From an uncultured Gemmatimonadales bacterium (GTDB taxonomy: Bacteria > Gemmatimonadota > Gemmatimonadetes > Gemmatimonadales > GWC2-71-9): a stretch of DNA of 64,000 bases. The stretch lies in NCBI GenBank assembly GCA_963821525.1, contig CAWGED010000012.1, positions 128,001 through 192,000 of the forward strand, in the 5' to 3' direction. This document shows positions 9,089-18,668 of this stretch, one piece after another; within the stretch, counting starts at the first letter, position 1, and each line of letters begins with the position of its first letter. Both the position numbers and the translations under genes were made by a program. A model generated the notes under the pieces. It searched no databases. It was not told where the DNA came from and was given only the letters and a program-made list of their open reading frames with translations.

Positions 9089-12000
9089 TCACCGGTTCAG
9101 GGTTAGTGAGAAGACCCACGACCTGGTCTGCGGGTTGTTGAAGTAATCAACCCCTCGCAGCGCCGAGGCCGAGCCAAGCACGGAGGTCTCGGGATCGATG
9201 CCGCTGTAGCCGGTCCAGGTATGCAGGTTCCGTCCCGCGACGCGGACCTCCATCGAGTTGAATCCGAGGCCGCCCAGCACCCACGCGTCGTCGAACAGAT
9301 ATCCGATGGAGATTTCCCGCAGCTTGGCATAGGACGCATCTTCCAGGAACTGGGAAGTTGCGCCGTTGAAAATGCCGCCCGCTCCGGTGAACCACCCCTC
9401 ATTGAGCGGTACCGCCAAGCCGGCGCCCGGACCGGCGACGTGCTCCTTCTTGAAGTAGTCGCTGCCGAAGGTGTAGGTGCCGCCGTCGCGCAGGACTTGT
9501 GTTTCCTTCGACGTTCCGAAGTGATTGAGCGCGCCGCGCGTCCCGTTATGGGCCTGGCCGCCGTACCGCACGTCCAGCAGCCCGGTCACCGAGACCTTCT
9601 TCCAGCGGAAGCCCATCCGGAACGATCCGGTCCAGTCGGGATTGGGATCACCGATGATGTAGTTCTTCGACTGGTCGAGGAGTGGATACCCCTGTGAGTC
9701 GATGTACAACGAATGGTCCGCGGCGCCCAGACAGTGCCCGGCGGTGTGGTCGATATCGACCCCATTGACCGTGAGTCCGCGACCGCAGCGAACGAAGTCC
9801 GAGCCCAAAAAGACCCCAAGCCGCTGGTTCACCGCGGCAACCGACTGGACGCTCAGGCCGTTGGTTCCGCCGCTGAAGGGCAATGGGGCGAACTGAACTC
9901 CAGCCAGATCGGTCACCAGGCTCTTGTTCGTGGCCCACTGCAGGCCGAAATCGAATCCCCACTCCCGTTTGTTCACCGGACGCGCGTTCAGCGCGATTTC
10001 CCAGCCGAAGTTGCGAAGCTCGGCCGCGTTCGCCGGCTTCTCGGTATACCCGCTGCTCCCCGCGACCGGCACGTTGAGAATCACGTCGGTCGAGAAGCTG
10101 CGGTAATAGGTCAAGCTCAGATCCGCTGCGTCCCGAAGAAGACCGACGTCGAAACCGGTCTCGAACTCCTTGACCCGTTCCGGACCGAGCTCCTGGGTGG
10201 GAAGGTTGTAGTTGGTGACCAGCCCTCCCGCGCCACCCTGACTGCTGCCTATGGACGGTCCCCAGCCTCCGTCGGCCGCCGCCCAGGTCACGAGCGTGCT
10301 CGCGAGCAAGTAGGGCGCGGGTTGGGTACCGCTCTGCCCGTAGGCCGCGCGGAGCTTCCCGTAGGTGAGGAACTTGTTCTCTCCTACTTCACCGCGGTGG
10401 AAGGTCCAGGCGGCGCTCGCCTTGGGATACCAGTTGCGCCGGTTCTCCGCTCCGAAGGTGCTCGCACCGTCATTGCGCAACGCGGCGGTAAGGAACAGCT
10501 GATCCCACAGGTCGGCGCTTAGCTGCGCAAAGTAGGACTCGAGCCGCACCGTTGACTCGAAGTCGTACGGAGGACGCTGCGCCGCGGTGTTACCCAGATT
10601 GAACGGCTTCGGCGTGATCAGCGTCGTACCCACGACCTGGCGGGTGCGATAGGTCTGCGAGTTGAGGTTCTGGCCGATCATGACCGTACCGGCCCACTTC
10701 GGCGATATGCTGTACTTGGCCGTCGCCGTGAAGGTCTGGTCGACTTGAGAATTCCTGATGTACCCGGCGTTGAGTCCGCCAACGCCGTTCACTCCTGCCA
10801 CCGTGGTATTCGAATTGGACCAGGGATAGCCCTGCAGCCGTTCGTCGTTGGCGTAGTCGTAGCCCAGGTTCTCGCTGAAGGTCAACCACCCGTTTGCATT
10901 CCAGTCGGCGCTGACACCGCCGTAGACCCGGCTCACATCCGTGGTGGACTCGGCCTCGTTGGCCACGAAGAATGGATTGTCGTAGCTCCGGGAGAGCTGC
11001 TCGGAGCCCGGACCTGGATTGGGGAACCGGAACGAACGGTGGAGCCCGGACACCGGATCGAGATACGGCTTGTTGTTGAAGTCGGGCGGTGTGCGCCAGG
11101 CGCCCAGCAGCAGGCCGTCGGTACTGTTGCGGCTTACCACGGCGCCGCCTTGGGCATCCACGTAGGAGATGTTGGCGCCGACCTTCAGGTTCTCGAAAAC
11201 CCGGTGGGCACCGTTGAACCGGAGGGCGATGCGCCGGTAGCTGTTGTTGTCGCCAACGACGATGCCGCGGTTGTTGTTGTACTCGCCCGAGAGATAGAAC
11301 GTGGTGCGTTCGCCACCGCCGGACACGGTCAAGGCATTGTCCGTCTGGTAGCCGTCCTGGAACATCTCGGCGGAGTGATCGAAGGTCGGGGTTCCCGCAG
11401 CCAGCAACGGCCCCCAGCTCCCCGCTTCGCCGAATCCGACCCGGCAATTGGTCGCGCCTCCCGCGACGCAGGCCGGCGGTGCGCCCCCAGTCCCCAGCCC
11501 GTACTTGTTCTGGAAATCCGGGAGATTGGCGTGCTGATCGACCGAGAGGGACGTGCGGAGGGAGTAGCGGGTCGGGCCGGGACGGCCCTTCTTCGTCGTA
11601 ATCAGGATCACGCCCGAGCCGGCACGCGAGCCGTACACCGCGCTCGAGGCCGGGCCCTTCAGCACTTCCACGTTCTCGATGTCGTTGGGATTGATATCGA
11701 TGGCCCGGTTCGCCGGCGCCGAGCTGCTGTTGAGCGCGCCGGATATCGGGTTGTTGTAGCTGATGGAATTGTCGACCGGTACGCCGTCCACCACGATGAG
11801 CGGCTGGCCATCCTGAGCGCTGATGGTTGTCAGGCCGCGGACCTGGATGAACGACGATGCGCCTGGCTCTCCCGACGTCGAAGTCACGGTGACGTTGGGA
11901 GCCTTGGCGGCAAGACTGTTGATCAGGTTCTGCTCGCCGCTCCGGATGATCTGCGCCGAGTCGATCGAGCTTCGCACCGTGCCAAGCTTCTCCACTTCGG

Positions 12001-12376
12001 AGACCCCGCCCAGGCCGGTGACGACGATCTCACCGAGCTGGAGCGGATTGGCTTCGAGGGAGAAATCGAGGGTCTGTTCGACCCCGGCCAGCACGACGCG
12101 AGTGGTGCGGGGTTTGTATCCGATGAGCCGCGCGGTCACGCTCACCGTGTCGCCGGTGAGTCGCGCCGTCGGCAGCGCGATGGTGTACCTGCCGTCCGCC
12201 CTGGTGGTGGCGCCGAGACCCCAGCGCTCGATCACCACGGTGGCTTGTCCCAGCGGGTCGCCGTCGGCCGAGCTGACTCGACCAATCAACGATGCGCCTT
12301 GTTGCTGAGCTAGAACCGATTCGCTAAGACCTCCGAGGGACAAGAACAGGACAACCGAACGAAGCCATCCTTTCAT
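9089..12376 (-). CDS. SusC/RagA-family TonB-dependent outer-membrane transporter
   Basis: Signal peptide, N-terminal CarboxypepD-like domain, plug DINPNDIENVEVLKGPASSAVYGSRAGSGVILITTKKG, EDASYAKLREISIGY, WTGYSGIDPE; GGAGG RBS. Confidence 0.96.
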   Translation of the reverse strand: MKGWLRSVVLFLSLGGLSESVLAQQQGASLIGRVSSADGDPLGQATVVIERWGLGATTRADGRYTIALPTARLTGDTVSVTARLIGYKPRTTRVVLAGVEQTLDFSLEANPLQLGEIVVTGLGGVSEVEKLGTVRSSIDSAQIIRSGEQNLINSLAAKAPNVTVTSTSGEPGASSFIQVRGLTTISAQDGQPLIVVDGVPVDNSISYNNPISGALNSSSAPANRAIDINPNDIENVEVLKGPASSAVYGSRAGSGVILITTKKGRPGPTRYSLRTSLSVDQHANLPDFQNKYGLGTGGAPPACVAGGATNCRVGFGEAGSWGPLLAAGTPTFDHSAEMFQDGYQTDNALTVSGGGERTTFYLSGEYNNNRGIVVGDNNSYRRIALRFNGAHRVFENLKVGANISYVDAQGGAVVSRNSTDGLLLGAWRTPPDFNNKPYLDPVSGLHRSFRFPNPGPGSEQLSRSYDNPFFVANEAESTTDVSRVYGGVSADWNANGWLTFSENLGYDYANDERLQGYPWSNSNTTVAGVNGVGGLNAGYIRNSQVDQTFTATAKYSISPKWAGTVMIGQNLNSQTYRTRQVVGTTLITPKPFNLGNTAAQRPPYDFESTVRLESYFAQLSADLWDQLFLTAALRNDGASTFGAENRRNWYPKASAAWTFHRGEVGENKFLTYGKLRAAYGQSGTQPAPYLLASTLVTWAAADGGWGPSIGSSQGGAGGLVTNYNLPTQELGPERVKEFETGFDVGLLRDAADLSLTYYRSFSTDVILNVPVAGSSGYTEKPANAAELRNFGWEIALNARPVNKREWGFDFGLQWATNKSLVTDLAGVQFAPLPFSGGTNGLSVQSVAAVNQRLGVFLGSDFVRCGRGLTVNGVDIDHTAGHCLGAADHSLYIDSQGYPLLDQSKNYIIGDPNPDWTGSFRMGFRWKKVSVTGLLDVRYGGQAHNGTRGALNHFGTSKETQVLRDGGTYTFGSDYFKKEHVAGPGAGLAVPLNEGWFTGAGGIFNGATSQFLEDASYAKLREISIGYLFDDAWVLGGLGFNSMEVRVAGRNLHTWTGYSGIDPETSVLGSASALRGVDYFNNPQTRSWVFSLTLNR

Positions 12377-12413
12377 ACAACCTCCGGGGTTCGGTGGTGG
12401 GCCAGCCCCGGCC

Positions 12414-12863
12414 TTATTGCTGAAACCGGTAGCCGAGATTGAGGGCGGTGAGGATGTGACGGGGCTGCGCCGGTTCCGCCTCGAGCTTCCGGCGCAGTCG
12501 GGCGATGTGGGTGTCGATAACCCGGGGACCGATCGCCGCGTCCGGCCCCCAGACTTCCTCCATCAGTTCGGGCCGCGTGACGACACGGCCCTCGCGCCGC
12601 ATGAGCGCGTAGAGCAGTCGGAGTTCCTTGGGTGTGACGGGGATGTAGCGGCCGGCCCGGACGATGCGCTGGGTCGCGTATTCCACGACGACCTCACCAA
12701 ACCGCGCCATGCCGCCCCACAGTGAGTCCGCCCCGCGGTTTCCATCGAGCCGACGTCTCAGTTGATCGAGCAGCGCTTCCGCTTCGGGTCCATCAGCGAC
12801 AGCCGCTCCCGCCGATGGAGTCAGCGCTCCCGCGGCGTCGTCCTCGATGATCAGGATTCGCAC
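12414..12863 (-). CDS. OmpR/PhoB-type winged-helix protein with a collapsed receiver domain
   Basis: TPKELRLLYAL, VVTRPELMEEVWG, RVIDTHIARLRRKLE, GYRF; N-terminus keeps RILIIEDD but only about 40 aa of receiver. Confidence 0.85.
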   Translation of the reverse strand: MRILIIEDDAAGALTPSAGAAVADGPEAEALLDQLRRRLDGNRGADSLWGGMARFGEVVVEYATQRIVRAGRYIPVTPKELRLLYALMRREGRVVTRPELMEEVWGPDAAIGPRVIDTHIARLRRKLEAEPAQPRHILTALNLGYRFQQ

Positions 12864-12905
12864 GAATCTCCCTCCCGAGAGCTTTGGCCCAACCTAGGAG
12901 TGGCA

Positions 12906-13040
12906 GGGATGAGCCGGAACGATTTCGGGACGGGTGGAGGAGCGAGTGGGACGAACTGCACCGTACGAGGGATGAATTGCGTGCTATGTGATCGTCCCCA
13001 CAACCTGACGACTCATCCCCGCACCAAAGCGATTCATCCC
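12906..13040. promoter_or_regulatory. Divergent array of 21-bp-period boxes, probable LytTR binding sites
   Basis: GGGAYGRR at 12906, 12927, 12948, 12969; reverse orientation ATCGTCCC/CTCATCCC/TTCATCCC at 12991, 13012, 13033. Confidence 0.75.
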
Positions 13041-13127
13041 CGGTTCGTTGGCAGGCAGGTGCAGACACGCCATCGTGATCGCGCCGGACGTACTCCGTCA
13101 GTTCCGGCTCATCATGTGGAGGTGCAT

Positions 13128-14165
13128 ATGTCCTATCGTCCCCTGACCCGGGCCGCGCTGGTCGCCTTTCTGGCCGGCTCGGCGGCATGCGCCCGCATGT
13201 CGCGCATGGAATCGCCTTACCTCTCTCAGGTAACGACGGCCGACCCGGCCGCGGGGCAGGTAGACCAAGCCATGAAGTCCTTCGCCGCCCAGGGATTCAG
13301 CGGAACCGTGCTGATTGCTGAGGGATCTCGCGTGATCATCTATAAGGGGTATGGGCAGGCCAATCGCGCCCGCGAGCTCCCCAACACCGCGGAAAGCCGC
13401 TATCCCCTCGGCGCGGTCGAGAACGTCTTCACGGCGGCCGCGATGCTTCGCCTGGAGGAGGAGGGAAAGATCTCGACTCAGGATCTCGTGAGCCGCTTCG
13501 TGCCGGCGCCCACGGATCTCCGCATCGATGATCTCCTTAGTCGCAATCGGGAAGTGACCGCGGTGGCATATGCAGGCGGGATGGCGAGCATTAACGGACC
13601 GGCTGATCCGTTGGCCGAGCGCTTTGCGGAGACGGGGGCCAGCTATGTCACGCTGCGAAAGGTGATCGAGCAGGTGACCGGCGAATCATATGAGAACTAC
13701 ATCAGCAACCATCTGCTGATTCCCAATGGTCTCACCCGGACCTTCTGGGACAACGGAGCGGTGGGTGATTCCCTGGTTGCGCGGGGTTATCGGGAGCCAC
13801 TGGGAGAGACGGTGATCGCCAAGGGGATGGTGGCTCCCCTGGCGGACCTCTACCAGTTCCGTCTCGCCCTGCGCGACAACAAGGTGGTCTCTCCGGACTC
13901 CAAGCGCCGGATGTTCGCCCCGGCCCCGAACGGCTATGGCTACGGGTGGGTAGTCAGCACCACGCCGGGAGGGGTCCGGGTCACCGAACACGCTGGAGAT
14001 CAGGTGGGATTCCAGACCTGGATCGCGTACTACCCGGACAAGGACGTGCTGATCCTGCTCGGCGTGAACAATGATGGTGGATGGCGTCGGCCGATCTCCG
14101 AGCGGCTGACCCAGATCATGGTTGATAGTGCGTCGGCGAAGGGGGCTGTCGTCTCCTCCCAGTAG
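13128..14165 (+). CDS. Serine hydrolase (class C beta-lactamase/AmpH fold) lipoprotein, catalytic motifs absent
   Basis: GGAGG RBS, lipobox SAAC, FSGTVLIA..KGYGQA, YGYGW, HAG; SxxK position reads AVEN and YxN position reads ETG. Confidence 0.85.
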   Translation: MSYRPLTRAALVAFLAGSAACARMSRMESPYLSQVTTADPAAGQVDQAMKSFAAQGFSGTVLIAEGSRVIIYKGYGQANRARELPNTAESRYPLGAVENVFTAAAMLRLEEEGKISTQDLVSRFVPAPTDLRIDDLLSRNREVTAVAYAGGMASINGPADPLAERFAETGASYVTLRKVIEQVTGESYENYISNHLLIPNGLTRTFWDNGAVGDSLVARGYREPLGETVIAKGMVAPLADLYQFRLALRDNKVVSPDSKRRMFAPAPNGYGYGWVVSTTPGGVRVTEHAGDQVGFQTWIAYYPDKDVLILLGVNNDGGWRRPISERLTQIMVDSASAKGAVVSSQ

Positions 14166-14299
14166 AGCCGACCCACAAGAGAGTGTCGCCCTTGCGTGGC
14201 GGCAGGCGCAATTCGCCCGCCGCCATCCGGCGTTGGTGCTCGTTTCACCGAGCGAAACGCTGAAACACTTGAGGAGCCGCGTCCGTCGCGGAGCATGGA

Positions 14300-15463
14300 A
14301 TGCCCGAACACTCCGTGGTCCTCAACCGGGACGCCGTCCTGCGGCGGAAGAGCTTCCGCCTGCAGGCGGCGTTGGTCTTTGGCGGCTGGACGCTGTTCGG
14401 CCTCTTCTCCTATTCCCAGACCGTGCTTTACTACTCGCTCCCCGCGCGCGACCCGATTCCCTGGGGGCCGCTGTTCGCGATATCGCTGGGAAGCGCCTGG
14501 ATCTGGGCGGCACTGACCCCGGCGGCCCTCTGGGTAGCGAACCGCCTGCGGTTCGAGCCAAACCAGCGGATGCGAAGCCTGATACTCCATGGAATCGCAG
14601 GGCTCACTTTCGTGCTGGTTTCGACCGTGCTGGAGCGGGCCATCGTTGCCTCCATCAGCGATTCACCGCTCAAGCCCTTCGTGCAGGGTCTGCTCTACCG
14701 GTTCGACAGCCGTCTCCTGGCCTACCTCTGCATCGTCACCGTCGCCTCCGCGGCGCGATATGCCCTGCTTTACCGGGAGCGCGAGGTGCAGGCCGCCGAG
14801 CTCGAAGCCCAGCTGGCCCGCGCCGAGCTGCAGGTGCTCAAGATGCAGCTGCAGCCTCATTTCCTGTTCAATGCTCTTAACACCATCGCCGAGCTGGCGC
14901 ACGATGACCCCAACAACGCCGACCGCCTGATCGCGCGGCTGGGACATCTGCTGCGACTCTCGCTGGAGCAGGCGGGCCACCAGGTCGTCCCGTTCCGCCA
15001 GGAGCTGCAGTTCCTCACCGCCTACCTGGAGATCGAGCAGACCAGGTTCCAGGACCGCCTCGCCGTCGACACCGACGTCTCGCTCGACGCGCTCGAGGCC
15101 GGAGTGCCGGCGCTGTTGCTGCAACCCATCGTCGAGAACGCGATCCAGCACGGAACCTCTCCTCGGACCGGCGCAGGAGTGATTTCCATTCGGGCCCGGC
15201 GCCAGGGAGCCATGCTCACGGTGGAGATTCGCGACAATGGCCCTGGTTTTCCCAACGGATCAACGGCGTTAAAGGAGGGTGTCGGTCTGAGCAACACCCG
15301 AGAGCGGCTCCGGCAGCTCTATGGTGACCGGCACGCCTTCGCTTTGGCCAACAGCCCCGAGGGCGGAGCGCTGGTGACCATCGCGATGCCCTACATCGAA
15401 TGCCACGAAGCCCACACTCCGCTGCACCTCCAGGTGGTGCGGATGGCTGGAGCATCGGCATGA
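14300..15463 (+). CDS. LytS/YehU-family membrane sensor histidine kinase
   Basis: About 4 TM, LKMQLQPHFLFNALNTI H-box, LLQPIVENAIQHG, DNGPG, GVGLSNTRERL. Confidence 0.95.
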   Translation: MPEHSVVLNRDAVLRRKSFRLQAALVFGGWTLFGLFSYSQTVLYYSLPARDPIPWGPLFAISLGSAWIWAALTPAALWVANRLRFEPNQRMRSLILHGIAGLTFVLVSTVLERAIVASISDSPLKPFVQGLLYRFDSRLLAYLCIVTVASAARYALLYREREVQAAELEAQLARAELQVLKMQLQPHFLFNALNTIAELAHDDPNNADRLIARLGHLLRLSLEQAGHQVVPFRQELQFLTAYLEIEQTRFQDRLAVDTDVSLDALEAGVPALLLQPIVENAIQHGTSPRTGAGVISIRARRQGAMLTVEIRDNGPGFPNGSTALKEGVGLSNTRERLRQLYGDRHAFALANSPEGGALVTIAMPYIECHEAHTPLHLQVVRMAGASA

Positions 15464-16227
15464 CGGTTCGAGTCGTGGTAGCGGATGACGAGCCTCTGGC
15501 TCGCCGGCGATTGGTCCGCCTCCTCGAAGGCGAGCCGGACGCGGAGCTGGTCTCCGCTTGCGCCAACGGCGCCGAGGCGGTGGAAGCCATCCGTGCCCAG
15601 TCTCCCGACCTGCTCTTCCTTGATGTGCAGATGCCCGCGCTCGACGGCTTCGGCGTGCTCGAGGCGTTGCGGGACACCCAGCTGCCGGCCGTGGTCTTCG
15701 TAACCGCTCACGACAGCTACGCCTTGCAGGCCTTCGAGGCGAACGCGCTAGATTACCTGCTGAAGCCGTTCGACGCGGACCGCTTCCACCGGGCGTATCT
15801 CCGGGCCAAGGAACGGCTGCGTGCCACCACGCCGGATTCCGACGCCGGAAAGCTCGCCGAGCTGCTCGCGTCGCTGAACAAGCCGCGGGCCGGGCAGGAC
15901 CGGATCGCCATCCGGAGCGACGGCAAGGTGTACTTCGTGCGCGCCGCCGACGTGGATTACATCGAAGCCGCGAGTAACTACGTACGACTGCACACCGGGA
16001 AGACGGAGCACCTGCTCCGGGAGTCGCTGACCAACATCGAGAGCCGGCTGGACCCGGCCCACTTTCTCCGCATTCACCGCACGACCATCGTCAACGTCGA
16101 GCGCATTCGCGAGCTGCAACCGTGGTTCTCGGGAGAATTCATCGCCATCCTGACGGACGGCACCCGGCTCAAGGTGAGCCGGGGGTACCGGGATCGCGTC
16201 TCGCGCTGGTTGGGCCAGTCGCTCTGA
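15460..16227 (+). CDS. LytTR-family DNA-binding response regulator
   Basis: VVADDEPLARR, FLDVQMP, FVTAHDSYALQAF, DYLLKP, LytTR domain FLRIHRTTIVN...VSRGY; ATGA overlap with kinase stop. Confidence 0.96.
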   Translation: MTVRVVVADDEPLARRRLVRLLEGEPDAELVSACANGAEAVEAIRAQSPDLLFLDVQMPALDGFGVLEALRDTQLPAVVFVTAHDSYALQAFEANALDYLLKPFDADRFHRAYLRAKERLRATTPDSDAGKLAELLASLNKPRAGQDRIAIRSDGKVYFVRAADVDYIEAASNYVRLHTGKTEHLLRESLTNIESRLDPAHFLRIHRTTIVNVERIRELQPWFSGEFIAILTDGTRLKVSRGYRDRVSRWLGQSL

Positions 16228-17976
16228 GCGCTGGCGCGGAGCTGAATCCCGCGCTTCTGCAGGCGACGATCATCCTCGCCCTCGTTGGGCTCTGCGTCTT
16301 CCTCTACCGCCGCTATCGCAAACGCTACCTGTTATGGTGGGCCGTGGCGTGGAGCCTCTACCTGCTCCGACTCGCCGCGATCATCACCTTCGTCGGTACC
16401 CACCACCAGATTTGGCTCTTTGCCCACCAGGTGCTGACCGGCTGGACGGCGCTGGCCCTGCTCTGGAGCGCGCTGGTGTTTTCTCGCGATCCCCCGCTGC
16501 GGCCGGTGTACCTGGTCCTGGTGCTGGTGCCATTGGCCTGGTCGCTGGTTGCAGTGCGAAACCCTGGGCAGCTCACGGCTCTTCTATGTCGCCGCGGTTC
16601 CGGCCGTGGTCTTCCTTTCCGCCGCGACTCTTTGGACCTCCCGGGTTTTTCTCCGGTTCCGTCGCCAGACCGGTTCTCGCGCCGCGATGCTGCTCGGCGG
16701 CGCCTTCCTTCTCTGGGGCCTGCACCATCTCGACTACCCGCTTCTGCGGGCTCGCGGCGCCTGGAATCCCTGGGGCTATTACCTCGACATCCTCTTCGCG
16801 CTGGCGGTCGGGTTCGGCATGGTCCTCCTGGTCCTCGAGGATACCGACCGGGGACTCGGCGCCCTCGCGGCACTCTCGGGCGATCTCCAGCGCACCGATG
16901 GCGGTGCCGATGTGCTGAGCGGACTCCTCGCTCGCCCGCTGGGATTGGCCGGCGTCCGCGGTAGCGTGATGTATCTGAGGGAGTCTGGACGCTACGTCCG
17001 GGGAGCGGGGGTTGCCTCTCAATGGGCTGGGCGGGAGCCCTCTGCCGAAGCGCGTCCCGCGATTCGATCTGCGGTAGAGGGAGGCAAGCCGGTCTCGGTG
17101 TCCGGATGGCGGGAGGGCGTGTCGGCTGAGGGAGCCTTTGCGTTCGCGGCGGTGCTGCCGGTATTCCGTCGGCGTGAGGTTACCGGCGCCATGATCATCG
17201 TGGGAGACGCTCGGGATCCGTTCACCGCGCTCGATCAATCGTTCCTGCTGGCGCTGGGACAGCAAGTAGGCGCGGCATTGGAGAATGCCGAGCTGTACCG
17301 GAGCCTGCGTGCACGGAGCGAAGATCTGGAACGACTGTCTGCGCGGATGATCCACCAGCAAGAGGAAGAACGCCGGAGACTTTCGCTCGAGCTGCACGAC
17401 GAAACTGCCCAGGTGTTTTCGGCGGTGAAGCTGCAACTCGGCATGCTGAAGGAAAAACTCCCGGCGGCACACACTGCGCGGCTGGAGCGGATCATCGCTC
17501 TGGTGGATGCCGGGATGTCCAGCATCCGGAGCGTGACCGAAGCACTGCGCCCGTCGCTCCTCGACGACCTCGGCCTGATCCCTGCCCTGCGGGCTCTGGT
17601 GTCCGACTTCGGTAGCCGCTCCGGTCTGAGTACCCGGTTCACCGCACCGGACGCGCTGCCGGGTCTCGAGAAGGATGCTGAGCTCGCTCTCTTCCGGGCC
17701 GTACAGGAGGGGCTCGCCAATGTGGCGCGGCACGCCAAAGCGAAGAGTGTTGAAGTCACACTGAGAGATGAGGGAGACCGCGTGCTACTGGAGCTGGTCG
17801 ATGATGGACACGGGCCCATCAATCTGGATCCAGCCGGGAACGGTGTTGGACATATGGGTCTCGTGGGAATGCGGGAGCGGTTCGCCTCGCTGGGTGGACA
17901 AGTGGAGTTGGAGGCGGGAAGCGCGGGAGGAGCGCGCCTCATTATTGCTCTTCCGCGGGAGGCACCCTCGCCATGA
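16224..17976 (+). CDS. Multi-TM GAF sensor histidine kinase (HisKA_3, NarX-like); frameshift near 16560-16585
   Basis: TM segments in ORF 16122 continue into ORF 16549; EEERRRLSLELHDETAQ, LFRAVQEGLANVARHA, DDGHG, GLVGMRER; start codon uncertain (CTG). Confidence 0.85.
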
Positions 17977-18633
17977 CGACGTCTCCTATCCGGGTCATGA
18001 TCGTTGACGACCATCCCCTGGTCCGCGAAGGCATTCGTTCGATCGTGGCGGCCGAGGATGGCTTCGAGATCGTGGCGGAAGCCGGAAGCGGTGAGGAGGC
18101 GGTGGAGACGGCGGGACGGCTCCTTCCTGACGTCGTGATCCTCGACCTTTCGATGCCAGGGGAGGGCGGGCTTCGCGCCGTCGCCCGGCTGCGGGAGGTG
18201 GCGCCCGCTGCCCGGTCGCTGATCCTGAGCGTCCATGATCACCCCGAGTATGTCCTCGAGGCAGTTCGCGCTGGTGCTCAGGGCTATATAAGGAAAGACA
18301 CGTCCCCAACCGAGCTGCGGCAGGCCATCCGAACGGTACATCGGGGAGAGGCGTTCTTCAGCAGCCCGGTCGCACACCAGCTCTCGGCGGCGGTTCGCCA
18401 GGAGACGCTCCGGGGAGGAGCAGGGAGAAAAACTCGAGCGCCTCACCGACCGGGAGCGCCAGGTCCTCGCGGGAATTGCGGCGGGATCAACGAGCAAGAT
18501 CATCGCCCAGCAGCTCGGCCTCAGCCCCAGGACAGTCGAGGCCTATCGGGAAAACCTCATGCGCAAGCTCGCGATTCGAACCGTGGCGGGGCTTACCCGC
18601 TTCGCTGTTGAAAGCGGACTCGTCGCCGAATGA
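17973..18633 (+). CDS. NarL/LuxR-family response regulator; frameshift near 18415
   Basis: IVDDHPLVREG, LDLSMP; HTH LTDRERQVL...IAQQLGLSPRTVEAYRENLMRKL follows in another frame after a G run, ending TGA 18631-18633. Confidence 0.9.
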
Positions 18634-18668
18634 ACCTGGTGACACCCACCAGGGATTGGCGGGTATCA

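Noticed and set aside
10745..12313. Long antisense ORFs (also 20804-22468, 44017-45906, 16573-17733, 17235-18503)
   Set aside because: Shadows of well-supported genes on the opposite strand, expected in high-GC DNA; no recognisable motifs.
12762..13127. N-terminal extension of the serine hydrolase ORF
   Set aside because: It overlaps the divergent gene and the repeat-box promoter; RBS and lipoprotein signal point to ATG 13128.
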